From: Dictyostelium discoideum
Taxonomy: Eukaryota
NCBI GenBank assembly: GCA_000004695.1
Contig: CM000154.2
Coordinates: forward strand, 1,984,001 to 2,048,000
Direction of reading: 5' to 3'
Length of the DNA: 64,000 nucleotides
Within the stretch, counting starts at the first letter, position 1; every line of letters begins with the position of its first letter. This document shows positions 52,389 to 64,000 of this stretch, piece by piece. The notes beneath the pieces are model-generated. The model was not told where the DNA came from, did no database searches, and was given only the letters and a program-made list of their open reading frames with translations. A program made the position numbers and the translations under genes.

Positions 52389-53325
52389 CTTCTTCTTGAT
52401 AATAAACAAACACATACTTTTCAGTATAAGAAGTATCCTTTGGAAAAGTTATCTTATTTGAAGAAATGTCAAGATTTTGCAAATCAGGTAAAGTTGGTAT
52501 TACAGTATGTTCAGTTAATAAATTATTATTTAAAAATAATGAAACTAATCTATAAAACCCAAATAAGAAATCAACATTTCTATTTTTTTTTTTTTTTTTT
52601 ATAATAATAATAAAATGTAAATTTTTAAATTAGAAATTTATATAAATAAAATAAAATAATTAAAAAAAAATATGAAATAAAATAAAAAAATAAAAAAATT
52701 TACGTTAAAGAATTATTTGATAAATCTAAATGTTTTACAGTATGTCTAAATTTTGGTATGATTGTAATTGGATGATAAATTTTACAACGATCAAAAGAAA
52801 TCTTTAATTTTGATAATCTATCAGAAGGAGTGAAACAAAATGGTACAGGTGAAGTTTGTTCAATGATTTGTTTTGTACCATTATCTTTACAAACTATATT
52901 GAAATGAGTTATTGAGGCATCACCACCATAAATTGGTGACAAAAATTCTAAAACATTCTTTGATAATGGTAATGCCAATACTTCAATAGGTGGTGTATCG
53001 ATAGCATTACCTTCAAATACTGCCCAAAATGATAAATACATTAAATTACTCGACTTCTTTGATTGTTCAAAACATTTAAAACCATTTACAAAACAAATTA
53101 TTTTAGTTTGCTCTAATGATGGTGATGTGTCTGGTGAATATGATACAATTCTTGGTGTTGCTGTTGTTGAATTTAAATCTATAATCCCTGTTGTTGTAGT
53201 TGTTGTTGTAGTTGTTGTAGTTGTAGGTGGTTGTGGTGAAGAAGTTGTTGCTATAGAAGAACTATTATTTGAAATAGTTTGTAATTGTAATTGTGGTGGT
53301 GGCGCTGGTACTGCTGTTGTTAAAC

Positions 53326-53399
<74 letters not shown>

Positions 53400-53564
53400 G
53401 TTACATCATTATTAATATTATTACTTTTATTTATAATAGAGGGATTTGTTGTTGTTGTTGTTGTTGTTGGTGTAGATTGTAAAATTGGTGATTGATCTAT
53501 TGAGAATCCATTACTATTATCATTATTATTATTATTTACAAGGTGATTATCAATGAATTGAGCA

Positions 53565-53608
<44 letters not shown>

Positions 53609-53763
53609 TGTATTGATAAGAGTTGAAGTATTCCAATTATCAGTGAAATTTAAATAAAAATTTTCATCCATTAATATACCATTACCACTTGTTCTAGTAC
53701 TGGTATTACCATTAATATTATTTGAACTACCAGTATTACCATTGTTATTATTATTATTGTTAC

Positions 53764-53797
<34 letters not shown>

Positions 53798-54721
53798 GCT
53801 ATAGTCTGATAAATAATTTCCAATAGTGGGATCTGATAATTCTGGTGAATTTGGCATAAACATTGTATTAGGAGATGGTGGAAAATATAATGCTTGATTA
53901 TTATTATTATTATTATTATTGTTATTATTATTATTATTATTTTTAGTTTCATCAATATTATTAAGATCATCATTTGAAGTATTGGATTTAATTTTTTTAA
54001 ATAATCCAAGAATGTTATTAAATGGTGAGGATTCTCTTTTTTTAGATGAAATATTTGTAGTTTGTTGTTGAGCTATGCTAGTGGTGGTAGTGTTAGTAGT
54101 AGTTGTAGTGGTTGGTTTATTTACATTATTCGATAGTGGTGGTGTTGTTGTAGTTGTAGTTATATTAGGTTTATGAGTATTTGGCTCTTTTTTAAATGCG
54201 AAATTAGAGTTTGATGATAGTTCTTGGTGATGATTATTATTATTATTTACAGTATTATCTAAATCTAAAGGTGATTCAGAGGATGGTTTGGTTAAATAAT
54301 GTACAAGTATTGGCCAAGGTTGAACTATGAATCTTTCATTTACGGAATTTTCACTATTATCATCATCTTCATATTCTTCATTGTTATTATTATTATCATC
54401 ATTAGTATTGTTACTATTATTATTATTATTATTGTTTGTAGAATCTAAATTTGGAGTAACTTTATTATAAAATTCCTTTTTAACTAATCTATATTCGAAT
54501 CTTCTCCAACAGATACCATTTTCACAAACACCATTTGAAGTTTGTCTTCTGAGTACACTTTCACCAATATCTTTTTTATGGGTTTTTAATTTAAAAATTT
54601 TACGTTGTTCATCTATAATTACCATACGTACATTAACTTTTGCTTTTATCCATTTAATACCATCTTGTTGATAATATGATTTTGATGATTTATCAAATAG
54701 ATATAAAAATCCTTGTGATTG

Positions 54722-54790
<69 letters not shown>

Positions 54791-55073
54791 GTTAATAGAA
54801 CCACCACCACCAACGCCATGGCTTTCATTTGCCATTAATGGTTGATGAGGTTTTGGTGATACAATTTCTTTTGGTGCATTTAATAAAATTTTATGAAAAA
54901 TTGGGAATATATTGGCTCTAATCTCTTTATCTAATAAACTATTATCAATATTATTTAAATTATTTAATAATACATTGTTACTATTATTTCCATTACTTTT
55001 TAAATAATTTAATAATTCTTTCAAATCTAATGGTTTTGGTTGTAATTGAGTTTGTTGTAATAGAGTTTGTTGC

Positions 55074-55151
<78 letters not shown>

Positions 55152-55206
55152 AAATGTTGAATTTCTTGTTGCTGTAAGTGGTGAAAATCAAAATCATAGT
55201 ACGACA

Positions 55207-55207
<1 letters not shown>
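52092..55207 (-). CDS. large poly-Q/poly-N protein with TIG-like fold, C-terminal leucine-rich repeats and LRRcap. Exons 55207..52704, 52549..52418, 52305..52092
   Basis: Seen in sequence: ATG (rc of 55205..55207) gives MSYYDFDFHHLQQQEIQHL followed by ~44 Gln. The C-terminus reads HLDLSNNSLT then (GTAAAT donor, phase 2) LVSLFLNNNLLTEHTVIPTLPDLQNLDISSNKITFPKDTSYTE then (GTATGT donor) KLMSSVPHLLTLNLEDNEEYPSPHK...YRIYIISKFPQLIKLDVLPVTMEERK (LRRcap-like). Confidence 0.6.
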
Positions 55208-55237
<30 letters not shown>

Positions 55238-55529
55238 ATTTAAAATATAAAATATTAAAAAAAAAAAAAAAAGATATTCTTGATATGAGTGACGTGCAGA
55301 TATCAATAAAAATAAAAATAAATAAAAAAAAATAAAAAATAAAAAAAATAAAAAATAAAAAAATAAAAAAAAAAAAAAATTTGAAAAATAAAACCTTCAA
55401 AAAAAAAAAAAAAAAAAAAAAAAAGTATTAAGACAATTCAGCTCAGAAAGTTTATAGAAATAGTTTAAGTGCCAATAAATCATTTATTATGTTATAAATT
55501 AAAATAAAAATTTGGAGTAAATTTTATAG

Positions 55530-55564
<35 letters not shown>

Positions 55565-55669
55565 AAAGACCATTGGTTTATAATATAGTCAAACCAATTT
55601 GTATCTCAAAGAAAAAAAAAAAAAAAAAAAAAAATACTTTAATACTTTTTACCAAATAAAAATAATTAA

Positions 55670-55709
<40 letters not shown>

Positions 55710-56264
55710 TTTTAAATTGATATATCTTTTTTTTTTTTTTTTTTTTTTTTTTTACATTAAAGTAATATTATTCAAAACAAATCCAAATTCAAAGATTTTT
55801 TATTTTTTTTTTATTTTTTTCAAATTACTAAATTGGACAATTTCGTAATGTGTTTGCGACTTTTTTGAAAATTTTTTTTTATTTTTATTTTTGAGTGCGA
55901 ATGTTCCTAAAAATAGCTTTTGATTTTTAACGGTATCTCAATCTCATTCACAATCAGGATCAAGTTTTTAATTTTTTTTTTTTTTTTTAATACATTTTTT
56001 TTTTTTTTTTTTTTTTTCTTTTTTTTTTATAAACCACCTCCAAAAAATTAATCAGGTAACCCCCAAATTTACATTTTTTTTTTTTTTTTTTCCTTAATAC
56101 AAAATTTTTTAAAAAATTTTGTATTTTTTTTTTTCTTTTTTTATTTTTTTTTTCAAAAATAAATCCAACCACAACAAAACCTCAATAAAACCAACCACAA
56201 CATAACCTTAATGAATCTTTAAATCTCACCTACAATCACTTAAATAAAATTACCCACCCCCCAA

Positions 56265-59732
<3,468 letters not shown>

Positions 59733-59828
59733 TTGTATATTCTTTTTAATAAATATTAATTTATTTATTAAAAATAAATAAAATAAAAAATAAACATTAA
59801 TTTATTTATTTAATATTTTATTTTCCAG

Positions 59829-59861
<33 letters not shown>

Positions 59862-59998
59862 CTTGTAAATACATATTTAAAAAAATAAATAATAATAAGT
59901 AAAAAATTATATTATGTGTGGGTGTGTATTCCAAAAAACTAATAATTTTTTTATTTAAATTAACATTTTGGATCTGTTGGTTTCATCATTTCCCAGGT

Positions 59999-60475
59999 TA
60001 AAAGGTTATTGGTGGTGATAGCACCTGCTGGAGTAATTGAAAAACCCTGTTTTAAATATATATAAAAAATAATTATTATTAATATCTATTCAAAAGAATT
60101 TTAAAACTATTTTTTTTTGAAAAAAAAAAAAAAAACCTTACATTTGCTTTACTTGTATCAATTACACCACCAATTATTCTAATCATTTCTTTACTAGAAT
60201 AAATTTTATGCATTTGAATGTTTGCTACATCCAATGAAACAAAACTTTGATAAAAGTATGCTTTTAATCCACCTTTTTTTTATTATTTTTAATATTATTA
60301 TTTAAAAAATATTAGTAAAAAGAAATTGCTGGATTTAAAAATTTAAATTTCAATTAATATATTTACCTTGAAAATAAAAAGTTATCTGTTTGGAAAAAAA
60401 AAAAAAAAAAAAAAAGTTAGAATTAAACTATTAATTAATTTATATAAATAGTCCAATTACCTTAAATGAGTCCAT
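59999..60475 (-). CDS. small (~70 aa) protein of unknown function, four tiny exons (60475..60461, 60385..60367, 60272..60142, 60046..59999)
   Basis: Seen in sequence: rc ATG at 60475 gives MDSFK then GTAATT; ITFYFQ+G then GTAAAT; GLKAYFYQSFVSLDVANIQMHKIYSSKEMIRIIGGVIDTSKAN then GTAAGG; GFSITPAGAITTNNL*. The exon chain is inference and no family was recognised. Confidence 0.3.
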
Positions 60476-60547
60476 TTTTTGTTGTTAAAAATTCTAAAAT
60501 TCTAATTTGAATTATTTAAATTTAATTTCTATCCTTGTCAAAGTTTG

Positions 60548-60596
<49 letters not shown>

Positions 60597-60663
60597 GTTT
60601 TAAAAAAAAAATAGATTTTAAAATAAAATAATTTTTTAATTTAAAATTAAATTAAATTAAAAT

Positions 60664-60695
<32 letters not shown>

Positions 60696-61006
60696 TGTCA
60701 ATATTGAAACAAAAGACCCAAAATAAGAAATGTGGTTTTTACTAAAATTTTTTTATTTTTTAAATTTTATTTTTAGATTTTTTTTTTATTTTTTTTTTTT
60801 TTTTTTATTTTTTATTATTATTATTTATTTTATTTATTTTCTAAAGCTAAGTTTTAATTTTAAAGGAGGAGGGATGAAGCAGGGAATAGTTGTGTATAGA
60901 TTTATTTGTTTTGTTTTGTTTTCTTTTTTTTTTTATAAACTGAAAAAAAAAAGATTTTTTTTTTTTTTTTGTGTATTTTAATAGTAGTAGTAAATTATTT
61001 GAATAT

Positions 61007-61189
61007 TTAAACATCAAAACCTTCTTTTCTTAAACAAACTTTATGTAATTCAATTAAAGCTGCACATTTTTCTTCACCATTGGCAACAATGCATTCATCT
61101 CTAACTTTCTTTGTTTCTGGGCATGCACAACACATTTTCTTTTTTGGTGCAGCAACTTCAGTGGTGGTATTGGTTTCAGCTATTGACAT
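61007..61189 (-). CDS. cox17: cytochrome c oxidase copper chaperone Cox17
   Basis: [60 protein letters not shown] has the KKMCCAC copper site and twin Cx9C ([11 protein letters not shown] / [11 protein letters not shown]) typical of Cox17. Single 60-aa exon. Confidence 0.8.
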   Translation of the reverse strand: MSIAETNTTTEVAAPKKKMCCACPETKKVRDECIVANGEEKCAALIELHKVCLRKEGFDV

Positions 61190-61362
61190 CGTGTGAGAGT
61201 GTAAATTGGTTTGTTTGTAATAACGAAAAATAAAATGATTAATTGAAATTTTTTTTATTTTTTATTTTTTTTTATTTTTTTTTTTTTTTAATTTTTACAT
61301 TTTTTTTTTTCCATCCGAATAATTACTGTGTCACCAACCAGGAATGCATTCCCCGCAAAGTG

Positions 61363-61394
<32 letters not shown>

Positions 61395-61677
61395 AATAAA
61401 AATTTTTATTACCTTAATAATTTGAATATTTCCTTTGAAATAAAAATAAAAATAAAAATAAAAATAAAAATAAAAATAAAAATAAAAATAAAAATTAATT
61501 AAAAAAAATAAAAAAATACAAAAAGAAAATCATATTTTTGTAAAACCAAAAAAAAATAGATTTAAATTAATAAAATAATTATGTTGTCATCTGTTTTTTG
61601 ATTTTTTTTTTTTTTTTTTTTTTTTTTTATTATTATTATTATTATTTTTTAATTTTTAAAATTATTAAAATTTTTAA

Positions 61678-62507
61678 TTAACCAAGTGCATGACCTTGAC
61701 CCCAATTATAACCACCTTCTTGAATTGGTCTACCAGTTCTTGGATCTCTACGAACATTATTTGGATTTCTGTCACCTTTATTAAAGATGTTTGTAATGAA
61801 TTTTGGAGTTTTGATTAAAGCTGGTACACCATTAGCTCTTGGATAGATATCAGTCAAATAAAAGAAGATATGACCAGATACGATTGCCAAGAAATCGCTA
61901 TATGGTGGATGACCAGTTTGAAGGAAATGTGCTACTAAAAATACCCATGGTAAATAAATGGTTTTGAATGAAAAGAATCCATAGAAATTACTTGTACCAG
62001 TTGGATTCATTCTTGAGTAAATGTAAATCAATGACATAATAGTCATTGTACCTAAGAAATAATATTCAAAGATAAGTCCAAATATAATATTACAAATTGA
62101 AATAAAAATTATACAAAATAAATAATCATCTGATTTTCCTGCATAATTTAAACTCTCTAATCTAGTTGTATATTGATAACTTTTTTTTTAAAAAATAAAA
62201 AAAAAAAAAATAGTTAGGACAATTATTATTTATTATTATATTATTATTTATTATTATTTATATTGTTTTACTAAACATACAAGAAAATTAAATTAAATAA
62301 AAACATTGGACCTAAACTTGAAATAATACAAGGAGCGGTTATTAATCTCCATAAGTGGAAATGTTTAAAAGTGAATGTAAAATCTAAATATAAATAATTG
62401 AAACTAATTAAATGCATTGCCGCTAAAACTGGGATACCTAAAAATATTGCAAACATGTATCTTGAAACTGGGGGTATTGAATTGAACCATTCTTTAACTC
62501 CATCCAT
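61678..62507 (-). CDS. derlin (Der1-like ERAD protein). Exons 62507..62281 and 62179..61678 (~242 aa)
   Basis: Seen in sequence: MDGVKEWFNSIPPVSRYMFAIFLGIPVLAAMHLISFNYLYLDFTFTFKHFHLWRLITAPCI... (derlin N-terminal signature). A GTATGT donor (rc of 62275..62280) and AG (rc of 62180..62181), phase 2, join ...YQYTTRLESLNYAGKSDDYLFCIIF...TMTIMSLIYIYSRMNPTGTSNFYGFFSFKTIYLPWVFLVAHF...GRPIQEGGYNWGQGHALG*. Confidence 0.8.
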
Positions 62508-63115
62508 CTTTATTTATCTTTAATTTTTCTAATATATAAAAAAAATAAAAAAAAAAAAGTGTAAAATATATTGATATGAGTGAATTTGTTTGTTTTAAAA
62601 TAAAAAAAAAAAGAAAAAAAAAAATTTGAAAAAAAAAAAAAAATGAGAAAAAAAAAAAAAAAAAAAAAAAAACAAATGGAGTGAGTCACAATTTTTTTTA
62701 TTTATTTAATTAATTTGTTTTTTTTTTTTATTTTTAATTTTTTAATATTTTTTTTTTTATCACACCGACAAATTGGGTTTTAAAGAATAAAAACTAAATT
62801 TGGGAAATACATCAATTAAATTCATGTATTTTTAGATTTTAAAAATTGAAATAAAAAATAAAAAAATCTAAATATGTATTCAACGAATAGAAGGAATAGT
62901 TTCTGATATCTTTTTTTTTATTCTTGAATTAATTTTTAATTATATATTATTTTAATATTTGAATTTAAATTGTATTGTTTTTATTTAATTTTATTTTTTT
63001 TCTTTTATTTTATTTTTTATTTATTTAATTAAATAAAAAAAAAAAAGTAATAATATAAAAAATAAATAATCGTTATGTACTTAATTAATTACATTTGCTC
63101 AAATAAAAATAAATT

Positions 63116-63155
<40 letters not shown>

Positions 63156-63431
63156 ATAGTAAACACTTAATAATTTAAACAAATAAAAAAATTAATACAA
63201 AAAAAAAACAAATAAAAAATTAAATTATAATATAATTTTTTATTTTAAAATTTTAAAGTCTTAAATTAATTATTTATTTACCAACAAAATTTAAAATCTT
63301 TAATCAATTATTTATTTACAAACAAATTTTTTTTCATTTTTTTAATTTTTTTTTTTTTTATTTTTTAATTTATTTTCACAAAAAAACACGAAACACATTA
63401 ATTTTAAATTTTTATCATATATTTAAATATC

Positions 63432-64000
63432 ATGTTTTCATCAAAATTAAAAAATATAAAATATTTAATAAGGAAACAACAACAACCACAATATTTAAAC
63501 AATGATAAATTATTTAAAAATTCATTAAATATTAATAGTAATAATAAAAATTATTTTTGTACTTCATCAACAACGATTACTAGTGATGTATCAAATCAAG
63601 ATATATCAAATAAAGAAAAAGAAGTTAAAAGAATTATTGATTTATTATTTTCAAGTCAATATCATAAAAATAATTTAGCAATATTTAAAAGGTTTGAAGA
63701 AATGAAATTACCAGAGATGATCGAAAGTGGTATTGGAATTGATGCATCCAATATGGATACAATAAATCAAATTAAAAATTATAATCAAACTAAACAATCA
63801 ATTGAAGAGTTAAATTTATTATCAAAAGAATTTAATGATTATTTAGAGGTTGTTGAAATGTCAAAGAATATTGGTGACAATGATTGGTTGAAAGAGACTC
63901 GTTCATTGATAAATCAATTATTTTCAAATTGTTCTGAATTGGAAGTCAAAGCATTGATGAATGGTAAAGACGATAGCAAGGGCTGTCTCTTGGAGATTCA
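63432..64000 (+). CDS. 5' part of a protein-coding gene running off the window end (MFSSKLKNIKYLIRKQQQPQYLNNDKLFKNSLNINSNNKNYFCTSST...KALMNGKDDSKGCLLEI...)
   Basis: Seen in sequence: ATG at 63432 opens a frame with no stop to position 64000. It has Dictyostelium-like codon usage and an N-terminus that looks like a mitochondrial presequence. It is not in the ORF track because no stop falls inside the window. Confidence 0.45.
   Translation, partial: MFSSKLKNIKYLIRKQQQPQYLNNDKLFKNSLNINSNNKNYFCTSSTTITSDVSNQDISNKEKEVKRIIDLLFSSQYHKNNLAIFKRFEEMKLPEMIESGIGIDASNMDTINQIKNYNQTKQSIEELNLLSKEFNDYLEVVEMSKNIGDNDWLKETRSLINQLFSNCSELEVKALMNGKDDSKGCLLEI

Noticed and set aside
52092-52415. ORF-track reverse-strand ORF starting MCLFIIKKKK...
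   Set aside because: Only its 3' two-thirds (from the AG acceptor at rc 52306-07) is coding, as the last exon of the LRR/polyQ gene; the Lys-rich N-terminus is intron poly-T.

Overview
The window looks like nuclear DNA of a Dictyostelium-type social amoeba. It is about 75-80% A+T, with long poly(A)/poly(T) intergenic tracts, short AT-rich introns with GTAAGT-like donors, very short first exons, poly-Asn/Gln coding microsatellites, and a tRNA gene followed by an external B box. It is not prokaryotic, so there is no CRISPR array, operon or phage-defence system to report; the interesting content is eukaryotic. I can support about 21 protein-coding genes, most of them multi-exon, and one tRNA-Gln(UUG). 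The genes are: a partial membrane protein; an IRE1/RNase-L-like kinase-KEN protein (irl family); a Myb/SANT-like poly-N protein; an armadillo SmgGDS-like protein (possibly darlin); palmitoyl-protein thioesterase; a C2H2+JmjC protein; a p67phox-like TPR-PB1 protein (probably ncfA); a TBC RabGAP; three tandem paralogs encoding secreted IPT/TIG-EGF-TM surface proteins, the third with a plant-type LRR ectodomain; an oxysterol-binding protein; a condensin-II G2-like HEAT protein; a KH+Smr protein; LZIC; an LRR/polyQ protein; an F-box-like/RNI-LRR protein; a tiny unknown protein; Cox17; a derlin; and a partial 3' gene. The most notable observations are the tandem surface-protein cluster with an apparent gene-conversion tract of about 860 bp, an IRE1-like kinase with a degenerate catalytic loop, and a MITE-like element with 48-bp terminal inverted repeats. 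All exon boundaries were read by eye and may be off by 1-2 nt. The ORF track uses TTG as an alternative start, so many of its 'M' starts are not real initiators.
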